Under the pieces are notes generated by a model. It was not told where the DNA came from, made no database searches, and worked only from the letters and a program-made list of their open reading frames with translations. A stretch of DNA of 64,000 nt from Candidatus Binatus soli (GTDB taxonomy: Bacteria > Desulfobacterota > Binatia > Binatales > Binataceae), in NCBI GenBank assembly GCA_002479255.1, contig DLMJ01000032.1, forward strand, positions 30,908-94,907. The letters are read 5' to 3'. Positions 1 through 8,881 of this stretch are shown here, piece after piece (position 1 is the first letter of the stretch; every line of letters begins with the position of its first letter). The position numbers and the translations under genes were made by a program.

Positions 1-1
1 G

Positions 2-1324
2 GCCGAACGCTGTGACGTAGCGATCGTTGGAGCCGGGCCTGGCGCTTCGATTGCCGCATACCTGCTCGCCAAAGGCGGGCTCGAAGTGATTATGTTCGAG
101 CGCGGCGACTACCCGGGCTCAAAGGCGATGTTCGGCGGCGTGCTGTACACCACCGTGCTCAGCAAGTTCTTCCCGGACTTTCCGGGAGCAGGCTGCGTCG
201 AGCGCCACGTCATCGAAAAGCGTTTCTCGATGCTTTCGGAGAGCAATGAGCTTGCGCTCTCGTTCAAGTTCCTCGATTTCGAGCCTCCTTATTACAACCA
301 TTCGTTCACGGCCCTGCGCGCGGTATTCGACCGCTACCTGGCCAGAAAGGCGGAAGAGGCAGGCGCGGTGCTGATCACTCAGACGGTGGTCGACGAGGCA
401 ATCGTGAGCGACGGCCGGGTGGTGGGAGTTCGCGCGCGGCGCGAGGGTGGCGAGGTGCTCGCCAACGTGGTGATCGCCGCGGACGGCGCGAATTCGCTGA
501 TCGCGCAGTCGGCGGGGCTTCGCGGCGAGCTTCCGCTGTCGGTGATCCTCGGCGTCAAGGAGGTGGTCTCGCTGCCGCGCGAGGTCATTGAGGATCGCTT
601 TTCGCTGGAAGGAGATGAAGGCGCGGCGTACGAGTATCTCGGCGGCGGCGCCGTGCGGGGCGCAATGGGGGCCGGCTTCCTCTACACCAACCGCGATACG
701 ATTTCCGTGGGCTACGGGATCCCGCTTGGCGCACTCAAAGCGCTGGGGGTCCAGCCCGACGAGCTGCTGAACGAATTCAAAATGCATCCGGTGGTGCGCC
801 GTCTCCTGCGTGGCACCACGCCTGAGGAGTACTCGGCGCATCTGATTCCTGAGATGACGCCGCACGATCTGCCGCGTTTCGTGGGCGACGGGATTGTCGT
901 AATCGGCGGCGCCGCCGGGCTGGTCAATGCGAACCCGCTATTCCACGAGGGCACCAACATGGCGATGGCCTCGGGCGTGATGGCGGCCGAGACGATTCTG
1001 CAGGCGCACAAGGCGGGCAACTTTTCGGCCAAGGCGCTCGAGCCCTACGCGAGCCGGCTTCGCGAGAGCTTCGCATGGCAGGATTACGATCGCTATCAGG
1101 GGCTGACGCGGATGGCCGAGACCCATCCCCAGTTCTTCAGCAAATACCCCTACGAATTCACCAGGCTCGCGCGCAAGTTGTTTTCCGTGGCGCCCACCGA
1201 TGACGGGATGCAGGTGCCCAAGCGCACACTTGAACTGGCCGTCGCGGACCACGTGCTCGCCGAGCTCGGACTGATGAGCCTCGGGCTCGACCTTCTCGAT
1301 GTCGCCAAGGCGGCTATGTTCTAA
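2..1324 (+). CDS. fixC: Electron-transfer flavoprotein-quinone oxidoreductase FixC (FAD-dependent); 5' end runs off the window
   Basis: The frame stays open back to base 2 and encodes DVAIVGAGPGASIAAYLLAKGG (GxGxxG FAD fold) upstream of the listed GTG at 86. A FixX-type ferredoxin follows 33 nt downstream. Confidence 0.8.
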   Translation, partial: AERCDVAIVGAGPGASIAAYLLAKGGLEVIMFERGDYPGSKAMFGGVLYTTVLSKFFPDFPGAGCVERHVIEKRFSMLSESNELALSFKFLDFEPPYYNHSFTALRAVFDRYLARKAEEAGAVLITQTVVDEAIVSDGRVVGVRARREGGEVLANVVIAADGANSLIAQSAGLRGELPLSVILGVKEVVSLPREVIEDRFSLEGDEGAAYEYLGGGAVRGAMGAGFLYTNRDTISVGYGIPLGALKALGVQPDELLNEFKMHPVVRRLLRGTTPEEYSAHLIPEMTPHDLPRFVGDGIVVIGGAAGLVNANPLFHEGTNMAMASGVMAAETILQAHKAGNFSAKALEPYASRLRESFAWQDYDRYQGLTRMAETHPQFFSKYPYEFTRLARKLFSVAPTDDGMQVPKRTLELAVADHVLAELGLMSLGLDLLDVAKAAMF

Positions 1325-1356
1325 GGGCAAAGACCGGGGAAGGAGAAACGGTTGCA

Positions 1357-1713
1357 ATGGCAGCGGAAGTCAAAAGCCCGTCCGGCGTTGCGAAGCTTAC
1401 CGGGTTGGCGAACTTTCTAGGGCCGCCCAAGTTGCTCGGCCGCGATGACAAAGTCGCGACCCTGGTGATAAAGGTGGACGAAGGAAGTCCGCACCTGAAG
1501 ATCATCGATCAAGGGGTCTGCCTCAAATGCATCGAGAAACCCTGCACGGTGACATGCCCGGTTGAAAACTACAAAGTCGAAGAGAACGGTCACACGACGA
1601 TATACTGGAGCAACTGCATCGAGTGCGGCACCTGCCGGATCATCTGCCCGTTCCACAACATCTCGTGGCGATACCCAAGTGGCGGATTCGGCATGACCTA
1701 CCGCTACGGCTGA
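1357..1713 (+). CDS. fixX: FixX-type ferredoxin-like protein (4Fe-4S)
   Basis: 118 aa with CLKCIEKPCTVTCP and CIECGTCRIICP cysteine clusters and the FixX-like C-terminus WRYPSGGFGMTYRYG. It lies immediately after fixC. Confidence 0.8.
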   Translation: MAAEVKSPSGVAKLTGLANFLGPPKLLGRDDKVATLVIKVDEGSPHLKIIDQGVCLKCIEKPCTVTCPVENYKVEENGHTTIYWSNCIECGTCRIICPFHNISWRYPSGGFGMTYRYG

Positions 1714-1730
1714 AGCGAGGAGATTGGAAG

Positions 1731-2024
1731 ATGCGAATTAAATCGCGCGCCGGCAATTTCAATATGACGATCGAGGACGTCGCGGTCGAGGACGGCGAAC
1801 TCGTAATGACCGGCAAGATGGGAGTGTGGTCGGCCAAGACCATGCTCAGCGTCGATGAGCTGCGGGAAATGCTGGGCACAATGAAGGTCAGCGCCAAGGT
1901 GGTCGATTTCGCCGCGCTGTTCGCCTTCCGCTATCTAGTCGGCCTGGTCGAGGAAGATCGCCGCCGACGCCTTGCGCCCGCCGCGCAACCCGCCGCGCCC
2001 GCGCCGGCACCGAAGCCGCAGTGA
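1731..2024 (+). CDS. Small hypothetical protein with an Ala/Pro-rich tail
   Basis: ATG at 1731 is preceded by GAGGAG. The longer ORF from 1623 overlaps the fixX 3' end, so the internal start is preferred. No recognisable motif. Confidence 0.45.
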   Translation: MRIKSRAGNFNMTIEDVAVEDGELVMTGKMGVWSAKTMLSVDELREMLGTMKVSAKVVDFAALFAFRYLVGLVEEDRRRRLAPAAQPAAPAPAPKPQ

Positions 2025-2055
2025 ATCGCTTTCGCAAGCGCAGGAGGATATTGAC

Positions 2056-3411
2056 ATGGCTGATGAAATCAAACTGTCGGAACTAGAACAGGTCGACGAG
2101 GCGTTCAACTTCCCGCTCTTCGACGCAATCTTCAACCGCCGCTCGCGCCGCTTCGGCTTGGGCATGGAGATCAAGGAGGGCCCCAACAAGCACAAGTCGC
2201 AGCACCCGCCGCTACCGCTCGATGAAGTCGAGGAAGCGATCCTGATCGCTGCTGGCACCGGTATCTCGGGCCTCAACCTGTCCGACATGCCGCACACGCC
2301 GCGCCCGGACAATCTCGATGGCGTCCAGAACTGGGACGGGATGTGCAATACGATGGTCGAGCACGTGGGGCGCACCTGGGCGAGCCCGTGCGGGAACCAC
2401 GGCACCGAACTCTTTTATACCAATGACGAGGGTGTTTACCTGATGAAGTTGCGCGACGTGCAACCGGTGCATTTGCAGGAGGTCGCCTCCAAGAGCGATC
2501 GCGATCGGCTGCTCGATTTCGTGCGCAATAACCGCGTCAAGCTGTTCGACGGCCGGCTCGATATCCCGCGCAATACCGGCGCGATCATGTCATTCAATCT
2601 CTGGAACGCGAACATGCCCGGCACCACTCTGTTCATGCCGGTGACCGACATCACCGAGGAAATGATCAATGCCGTGATGTTGCAGGCGGACCTGGGCCAA
2701 TATGTCATCGATGATCGCAACAATATGCGTCCCTGCATCGACCAGCGCTGGATTCGCGAGGGCTGGGTCAACACCCCCGTGCCGCTCTCGATGTTCGAGA
2801 GCCAAATGATGCTTGCCACTGCCGGCGCCGAGGGCGCGTTCATCGGCCACAACATACTGCTGGCCGAGCAGGCGCTGGGCCTGGGCGGATGGTTGTACGG
2901 CGGAATGAATAGCCTTGTGGTCATGGGCGGTACACCGACAGGCTGCGGACTCGGCTTTCGCTTCGAGTCGAACCCGAAGAACCCTGACGCCTTCCCTGCG
3001 CCGATCGGAATCGACGGCGAGTTCGAGACCTTCCGGCCGCCCTACTACAAGGACATGGACGCGGCGGTCGATGCCGTGGTGGCGAAGAAGTTCGGCCCCA
3101 ACGGCACCTTCAACCCGTTCGCGAAAAAGCCGGTGCCGTACAAGAACCGCGCAGACTTCCTGCGCCAGGTACCGCACACGCCGGAAAAGACCATCCAGAT
3201 CTGCAAGGAGACCTGCCGCTATGTCTGGGATACGTTCGGCACCTTCCCCGCGTTCGCTCCGCCGGCGGTGCTCTACGTCTACATCCAGGCGCAGCACATC
3301 GAGCTTGAATTTTACGACAAGTATTACGATGGCCCCGCCTATCTGAAGAGCCACAAGGATCACATGCGCAAGTGGCATGCGGGCGCGGCGAAGATGCGCA
3401 AGGTCGCCTGA
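2056..3411 (+). CDS. Large nitroreductase-fold-like protein, function unknown
   Basis: ATG at 2056 is preceded by AGGAGG. The N-terminal FNRRSRRFGLG resembles the nitroreductase RRSxRxF motif, and LLAEQALGLGGWLYGG resembles the C-terminal nitroreductase core. The central insertion is long. Confidence 0.45.
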   Translation: MADEIKLSELEQVDEAFNFPLFDAIFNRRSRRFGLGMEIKEGPNKHKSQHPPLPLDEVEEAILIAAGTGISGLNLSDMPHTPRPDNLDGVQNWDGMCNTMVEHVGRTWASPCGNHGTELFYTNDEGVYLMKLRDVQPVHLQEVASKSDRDRLLDFVRNNRVKLFDGRLDIPRNTGAIMSFNLWNANMPGTTLFMPVTDITEEMINAVMLQADLGQYVIDDRNNMRPCIDQRWIREGWVNTPVPLSMFESQMMLATAGAEGAFIGHNILLAEQALGLGGWLYGGMNSLVVMGGTPTGCGLGFRFESNPKNPDAFPAPIGIDGEFETFRPPYYKDMDAAVDAVVAKKFGPNGTFNPFAKKPVPYKNRADFLRQVPHTPEKTIQICKETCRYVWDTFGTFPAFAPPAVLYVYIQAQHIELEFYDKYYDGPAYLKSHKDHMRKWHAGAAKMRKVA

Positions 3412-3457
3412 GCGATGCGGGCGGACCTGAGCCTGCCGATGAAGCCGGTGCCGGCGC

Positions 3458-3494
3458 GCGACGCTCGGTATGCTCGGGCTCATGCGAGCGTCGC
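3458..3494 (+). terminator. GC-rich hairpin downstream of the fix-linked operon (no U-tract)
   Basis: Perfect 10-bp inverted repeat, GCGACGCTCG (3458-3467) and CGAGCGTCGC (3485-3494), with a 17-nt loop. It sits 47 nt after the stop at 3411. Confidence 0.25.
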
Positions 3495-3653
3495 ATCCGA
3501 TCGCGAGCTTGGGATGGTCGTGGAGGCTCCCACGCAGATCCCGAACAGGCCGTTTATCGCAAGGAATTCCGCGAAGGACACAGATTGAAGTGACTGAGGA
3601 AGAGAGGATTTTTGGATCGCCACTCTCTTGCGTGTTCGAAGAGGAGCTGATGG

Positions 3654-4130
3654 ATGGCTGACTCGACCGGAATTGGCAAAGTGCTGCGCGACATAACGCA
3701 AGCATATGTTGACGGCCTCTCGACGATTGGTGGCGCGATCGGTGATCTCGCTAAGCGCCGCATACCCGACGGCGAACGGCAGATGGAGCACTGGATCGGA
3801 GTTGCCCGCGCAGCCAAGGACGGCTACGTAGCGGCAATCGATCAGGGCTTCGCCATTTGGGAGCGGCGGATTCGCCAGACGATGGCGCGCGCGCAGTCAT
3901 CCTCCTCCGCAAAGGAGTCGAAGAGCGACCAGAAAGCTCCAGCCAGCCAAATCGAAGCGTGGCTCGAGGCGTGGCGCAATGCGAACGAGTCCTTCATGCA
4001 ATCGATTCGCGAGAGTGGACTCGGCGAGGAGGCTCTCAAGCAAACCAGGGAATTGCGCAAGACGCTTGAGGATGGCCTCAAAAACTTGCAGAAACTATGG
4101 CAACCCTCGAGCAAAAGCGGCCGGAAATGA
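3654..4130 (+). CDS. Hypothetical protein, helical and charged (phasin-like composition only)
   Basis: 158-aa ORF with normal composition and no diagnostic motif. Confidence 0.45.
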   Translation: MADSTGIGKVLRDITQAYVDGLSTIGGAIGDLAKRRIPDGERQMEHWIGVARAAKDGYVAAIDQGFAIWERRIRQTMARAQSSSSAKESKSDQKAPASQIEAWLEAWRNANESFMQSIRESGLGEEALKQTRELRKTLEDGLKNLQKLWQPSSKSGRK

Positions 4131-4345
4131 GCGCGGCAGAACTGAGCGCTGCTGAAGCTAGTCGCTTCATGCGTTGGACTTCGCGTCGGAACGGCGGTTT
4201 CAGCCCCTGTGGCTACCAAAAACTCAGAAAGCGCCGAAAAGCCTAGCGATCGGAAGGGTCGTTGCCATCCCGCAGGGCGGCGGTCTGCATCATCGCTAGG
4301 AACCTCTCGCCGCCTGATTTGCCCCAGATTCCGGCTCAGCAACAG

Positions 4346-4549
4346 TTGCTTGCGCGCGTCGAGCGCTCGCGCAAAAATTTTGCCGCCATTTGCCTCAACC
4401 TCCGCGACCAACGGTGCGAGCTTGTCGCCGTTGCGGCGTCCCGCGAAAACGGTGAAGTCCTCGGCCGCGAATTTTTTGGCGATTGCGCCGCCGATGTAGT
4501 CGCCGGCTCCGATCACCGCCGCCGAGGCATTTCTCTGACAATCCTCCAT
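4346..4549 (-). pseudogene. N-terminal remnant of a short-chain dehydrogenase/reductase
   Basis: MEDCQRNASAAVIGAGDYIGGAIAKKFAAEDFTVFAGRRNGDKLAPLVAEVEANGGKIFARALDARK is an SDR Rossmann N-terminus. The similarity is lost after about 68 aa, and the rest of the ORF runs antisense into the 3654-4130 gene. Confidence 0.55.
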
Positions 4550-4553
4550 GCTT

Positions 4554-4730
4554 CTAGGAACGGCGGACCGCCGCACGGACTTTGGCAAGCTTGATCGCTC
4601 GCTTGGCCGTGCTCTTCAATATCAGATCTGAAAGCTCCTCATCGTTGACCGCACGCGCGAGAATCAGCGCGTCGGCCATGGAAGCGAACGCGACGATCGC
4701 GTCCTCGTAGACGTCCTCATTCGCGGTTCT
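4554..4730 (-). pseudogene. Possible C-terminal remnant of a TetR-family regulator
   Basis: Start-less 58-codon frame encoding EDVYEDAIVAFASMADALILARAVNDEELSDLILKSTAKRAIKLAK. Its upstream end is cut by an in-frame stop and overlaps the 3' end of the 4717-5607 gene. It lies directly upstream of the SDR remnant. Confidence 0.3.
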
Positions 4731-5607
4731 TTAGTTGCTGACTATCGCCGAGCCCGTACACCATCGCGGTCTTGGTGGTGCCAAGTTTGATCCATTCCGC
4801 GCAATCGAGCTGCACTCTTTTGTAGAACTCCTCGGAGAGCTCAAGGGACTCTTTGCTAACCTCATCGATCCGATCGAACTTGCACTGAAAGGCGAACTCG
4901 CCCGACAGGGATTTTTCCAGCGCCCGGCTCCGCCATATCGCGATTGTGGTCTTACCCTTGAAGTGGTGCCCGAAATGGATCACGCCCATGGTATTTTGCA
5001 CCTCCTCGACCGCTACGTTGTTGACCAGCTCCATTTTGGTTCTGGGCCGTATGTTTATCCGCTTCAGGGTCGGAAAAGCGCGGGCAATGTCCTCGATACC
5101 GCGTTCGAGCTCAATGTTGGGTGATGTAAGCACGCATCCATGAGAGTAAACGCTGCGCATTCCGCCCAGGCGGTCGCGCTCGAGCAAGAACTCCTCTTTG
5201 AACTTTATCTCATCGTGTCCACCCAATTGCGGACGCACGTCAACGGCCGCGGCGCTCTTGAGCTCCGGGGTGCGGTATTTGAAGGCCAGCTCGTGGCCGG
5301 GACGGGGCCATCCCTGGTCGTAAAAGGTCCGCTTTCGCAGAATGAAGTGGTTGTTGTAGAGGTCAAACTCCGGGGTGTCATAAAAGAGCACTTCCCGAAC
5401 CTGACTGTCGAATGCGTGCTCGTCGACATCTACTTTAAGACCGAGTTTCTTGAGAGTCTTGGACGCCGTTTCCCAAAATTCGAGAAAACCATGTTTGCTC
5501 GTAAACCGATCGGGTTGCAGCAGAATCTTGTACTCGCGGTAATGGACCACGTCGGCAGTGAGATGCTGGGTTTCGGGATGCTTGCTTATGTGCTTGTCCA
5601 TGGTCAA
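4717..5607 (-). CDS. CYTH-like (triphosphate tunnel metalloenzyme-like) domain protein, lower GC
   Basis: REYKILL, EVLFYDTPEFDLYNNHFILRKRT, ELAFKYR and EIKFKEEF give the alternating charged beta-strand pattern of CYTH domains (YFDTPD...LRIR-like). GC is visibly lower than in the flanks. Confidence 0.45.
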   Translation of the reverse strand: MTMDKHISKHPETQHLTADVVHYREYKILLQPDRFTSKHGFLEFWETASKTLKKLGLKVDVDEHAFDSQVREVLFYDTPEFDLYNNHFILRKRTFYDQGWPRPGHELAFKYRTPELKSAAAVDVRPQLGGHDEIKFKEEFLLERDRLGGMRSVYSHGCVLTSPNIELERGIEDIARAFPTLKRINIRPRTKMELVNNVAVEEVQNTMGVIHFGHHFKGKTTIAIWRSRALEKSLSGEFAFQCKFDRIDEVSKESLELSEEFYKRVQLDCAEWIKLGTTKTAMVYGLGDSQQLKNRE

Positions 5608-5916
5608 ATTGCACCATATTCCATTGAATTTGGCAAAAGATACTGACGGAGGTTGCCGCTATGGGCCACCAGAAATGATTCGCTTGTCGGCATCGCCATA
5701 AAGGCAGGCTATCGCCAGACGTTCGAAACCATCAATGAATTCGCGCGGATTAGGTTTTGAGGAACCACAAGCCTCGATCTTGCGCGTACTTACCGAGCCG
5801 CGATAGTTATGGAGCGGAGACCGGACGAATGGCCCTCGGTCGATAATAATGAAGCGTACCTTCAGTATCCTCCTGATCTCCCCTTCGGGGATTCTTCCCG
5901 CAGCCCAACAGCCCGC

Positions 5917-7779
5917 ATGAAAAACCGGGCTCCGCTGGCGGCTACTCCTTACCGGCTCTTGCCTCTCACCTCCGTGCGGCCGCAGGGCTGGCTGAAACGG
6001 CAACTTCAAATCCAGGCTGACGGTCTCTCCGGACATGTGGAGGAAATCTGGAAGGACCTCGGGCCGGAAAGTGGATGGCTGGGCGGCACGGGTGAGGGTT
6101 GGGAGCGTGGGCCGTACTATCTCGACGGTCTGGTTCCGTTGGCGTATCTGCTCGATGATCCGGTCCTCATCGCACGCGCGAGAAAGTGGGTCGACTGGAC
6201 GCTGTCCAATCAGCGCCCGGATGGCTCGATCGGTCCGGTGAAGGATACCGACTGGTGGCCGAAGTTTGTGATGCTGAAGGCCCTCACGCAGTACCAGGAG
6301 GCGACCGGCGACCCGCGGGTTATCCCGCTGATGGAACGCTACTTCGCCTACCAGGCCGCACAGCTCGACCAGAATCCATTGAGAGAGTGGGCCGTATGGC
6401 GCTGGCAGGACGAGGCCTTGACACTCATATGGCTTTATAACCGCAATGGCGATCTCAAACTTCTGAACCTCATTCGCAAATTGCACGACCAGGGATTCTA
6501 TTGGCCGGACCAGTTCAAGGATTTTGCGTTTAAGGAGAAGAACACGGGCAAGGAGTGCATGCTACGGACCCACGGCGTCAACAACTCCCAGGGGCTCAAG
6601 ACCGGCGCGATCTGGTGGCAGATCACCAAGGATCATGCGGATCTGGACGGGCTCTATAACCAGTTTCGAACGCTGGATAAGTATCACCTGCAGCCCAGCG
6701 GAGTGCACAGTGGCGATGAGCACTATGCGGGCCTCGATCCATCGCAGGGAACGGAGCTCTGCTCGGTGGTGGAGACGATGTTCTCGCTGGAACAGATTGT
6801 CGCTGCGACGGGCGATGCGACGTTCGCCGATAGATTGGAAAAGATTGCCTATAACTCGCTGCCGGCGACCTTCACCAGCGACATGTGGGGGCATCAATAT
6901 GACCAACAGGCCAACCAGGTGCTTGTGTCGCGCGCGAAGCGGAACTGGAGCACCAACGGGCCGGACTCCAATCTTTTCGGCTTAGAGCCGAACTTCGGCT
7001 GCTGCCTGGCCAACATGCATCAAGGATGGCCGAAATTCGCCGCGAGTCTGTGGATGGCAACCAACGACGACGGACTGGCGGCGATCGCTTATGCACCCAG
7101 CGAGGTCACCGGCGTGGTTCGTGGCGGCGTGCAAGTAACCATTGTGGAGGAAACTGACTACCCCTTCCGCAAAGATATCCGATTGACAGTGAATCCGCGG
7201 CGCCCGGCGGTGTTTCCGCTCGACCTTCGCATTCCCAGCTGGGCCTCGGCCGCGAGCGTCCGGGTCAATGGCAAGCCGATCGCCGGGCTCAAGCCTGGTA
7301 CGTTCCACAGGATTGAGCGGCGATGGCGCCAGGGCGACAAGGTCGAGATCGCGTTTCCGATGGACGTTCGCTTATCGCATTGGTACCACGACTCAGTCGC
7401 CGTCGAACGCGGCCCGCTCATTTACTCGTTGAAGATTGGCGAACGGTGGACCAAGGTTACTGAGCGAGCGCAGGCGCCGGATTGGGCTGTCGAGCCGACA
7501 ACGCCTTGGAATTATGCCTTGTTGCTCGACGCGGTGCATCCAAAGAATTCACTTAAAGCGGAGGAGCGCACTATCGGACAGTATCCGTTCAGTTCCGAAG
7601 GCGCTCCGGTAGTGCTGAAGGCGAAAGCGCGGCGGTTGCCGGGATGGACGTTGGTAGATAATTCAGCCGGTCCGGTTCCGTTTAGTCCGGCGTCGAGCAC
7701 CGAACCGATCGAAACCGTCGTATTGATCCCTTACGGTTCGGCGAAATTGCGTGTAACGGCGTTTCCGGTCACACAGTGA
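5917..7779 (+). CDS. GH127-type (beta-L-arabinofuranosidase-like, DUF1680) glycoside hydrolase
   Basis: The N-terminal LLPLTSVRPQGWLKRQLQIQADGLSGH...GGTGEGWERGPYYLDGLVPLAYLL and the overall size fit the family. The start is uncertain (5809 or 5917). Confidence 0.6.
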   Translation: MKNRAPLAATPYRLLPLTSVRPQGWLKRQLQIQADGLSGHVEEIWKDLGPESGWLGGTGEGWERGPYYLDGLVPLAYLLDDPVLIARARKWVDWTLSNQRPDGSIGPVKDTDWWPKFVMLKALTQYQEATGDPRVIPLMERYFAYQAAQLDQNPLREWAVWRWQDEALTLIWLYNRNGDLKLLNLIRKLHDQGFYWPDQFKDFAFKEKNTGKECMLRTHGVNNSQGLKTGAIWWQITKDHADLDGLYNQFRTLDKYHLQPSGVHSGDEHYAGLDPSQGTELCSVVETMFSLEQIVAATGDATFADRLEKIAYNSLPATFTSDMWGHQYDQQANQVLVSRAKRNWSTNGPDSNLFGLEPNFGCCLANMHQGWPKFAASLWMATNDDGLAAIAYAPSEVTGVVRGGVQVTIVEETDYPFRKDIRLTVNPRRPAVFPLDLRIPSWASAASVRVNGKPIAGLKPGTFHRIERRWRQGDKVEIAFPMDVRLSHWYHDSVAVERGPLIYSLKIGERWTKVTERAQAPDWAVEPTTPWNYALLLDAVHPKNSLKAEERTIGQYPFSSEGAPVVLKAKARRLPGWTLVDNSAGPVPFSPASSTEPIETVVLIPYGSAKLRVTAFPVTQ

Positions 7780-7859
7780 GCACGTGACACGAAGCGACTG
7801 CCACCGATTGATGAGCGCGCTGGAGTTTAGCGTCGGCTGAGCGGTGTCGCTTCGATCTT

Positions 7860-8161
7860 CCTGAAGCTGGCTGCGATCCACGGCGCGCATGTCAATGCCC
7901 CGGTGCTTCGCGTTGCCCAAGGCCCTCGCGACTTCTCGCGACGTGAGCGTACATCTGGACGAGAACCGTCTTGCGTGCCTCGTCGATCGCTTGAACGACA
8001 GTCGCCAGCGGGTCGCATCCGCCAGGGAGCGGCGGCGAGTAGCAGACCTCAATTTGCCCGGCCGATGCCGGCGCCGAGGCAAGCTGAGCGGCCAAAATGC
8101 CGGCCAGAAGCAGCCACAAACTCCTTGTGAGAGAACGGTCTCGCATGTCCCGCTCTTTCAA
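7860..8161 (-). pseudogene. Phospholipase D / Nuc-family endonuclease, frameshifted and truncated before the HKD motif
   Basis: A signal peptide plus GQIEVCYSPPLPGGCDPLATVVQAIDEARKTVLVQMY lies in one frame. It continues as LTSREVARALGNAKHRGIDMRAVDRSQ in another frame, and no HxKxxxxD motif follows. Confidence 0.6.
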
Positions 8162-8240
8162 ATCAGCTTTCTAACCAGTCCGTCTCTCTCGGCCATCAAA
8201 TCTCCCAGTTGTTTCCTAGCAGGGTGTTCTGGAACCGTGG

Positions 8241-8669
8241 TCACAAGTCGTCCATCTCGCCCGGCACCCATTGCCACATGGCGAGTTGCCTGAGCTCCGG
8301 CTCTTTGCCCGTTGGCAAGACGTAGATCTCGGAGGGCACCGGTAAGAAACCGACGGCGTGCAAGAGCTTCCAGTGCCGCCATCTTGGCGGCGCCGAAAAT
8401 GTAAGATGGGTACAGCCGGCTGCTTGCGCCGTCTCGATGAGGTGCAGTAGCAACGCCGAGGCGAGGCGGCGCGGCGAAACAGGTGTCACAAATTCCATGA
8501 ACCAACTCGCCTGCCCGTCAATTTTCAACACGTAGTAGCCCGCGAGCTTGCAGCCGCGGATGCATCGACTCCAGTTGCGCCGGAGCGTGCAGCCACTCTT
8601 CAAAACGGTCAACGCGTGGGAAGCGGAAGGGCGCAGCCAGAGGAACCGCCGATCCTGTTTCGGGCTCAA
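8241..8669 (-). CDS. GNAT-like acetyltransferase, possibly a fragment
   Basis: The C-terminal half (YYVLKIDGQASWFMEFVTP...ALLLHLIETAQAAGCTHLTF) resembles a GNAT core. The N-terminal third is Arg/Cys-rich and not protein-like. Confidence 0.3.
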   Translation of the reverse strand: MSPKQDRRFLWLRPSASHALTVLKSGCTLRRNWSRCIRGCKLAGYYVLKIDGQASWFMEFVTPVSPRRLASALLLHLIETAQAAGCTHLTFSAPPRWRHWKLLHAVGFLPVPSEIYVLPTGKEPELRQLAMWQWVPGEMDDL

Positions 8670-8705
8670 TCACCGATCATTCATCCCGATATTTTCCAGA
8701 TGGAT

Positions 8706-8739
8706 GGACACTACGCGTCGGGGGTAGTGTCCGGTTTTG
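8706..8739 (+). terminator. Orphan intrinsic-terminator-like hairpin
   Basis: GGACACTAC (8706-8714), a 9-nt loop, GTAGTGTCC (8724-8732), then GGTTTTG. No intact plus-strand gene lies upstream. Confidence 0.35.
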
Positions 8740-8881
8740 AATAGCGACAGCCGGTCTTAATTCCTAAATTCTCCGTTAGATTGGTCTGAAATCCACAGCT
8801 TTTGGAAAATCCGCAATCTGACCTCCGGATACGTTGTCAGCCAATTGTTTCATCGCTTATCGCCGAAATTCAGCGCGCCTC

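Noticed and set aside
5849-5920. A 23-codon ORF (MKRTFSILLISPSGILPAAQQPA) whose TGA overlaps the ATG at 5917 of the GH127 gene. It could be a signal peptide separated by a frameshift.
   Set aside because: The hydrophobic core is weak (SPSG in the middle), and GH127 enzymes can be cytoplasmic. Without reads or homolog alignment this is equally well a chance ORF. It is worth a glance only if the enzyme is expected to be secreted.
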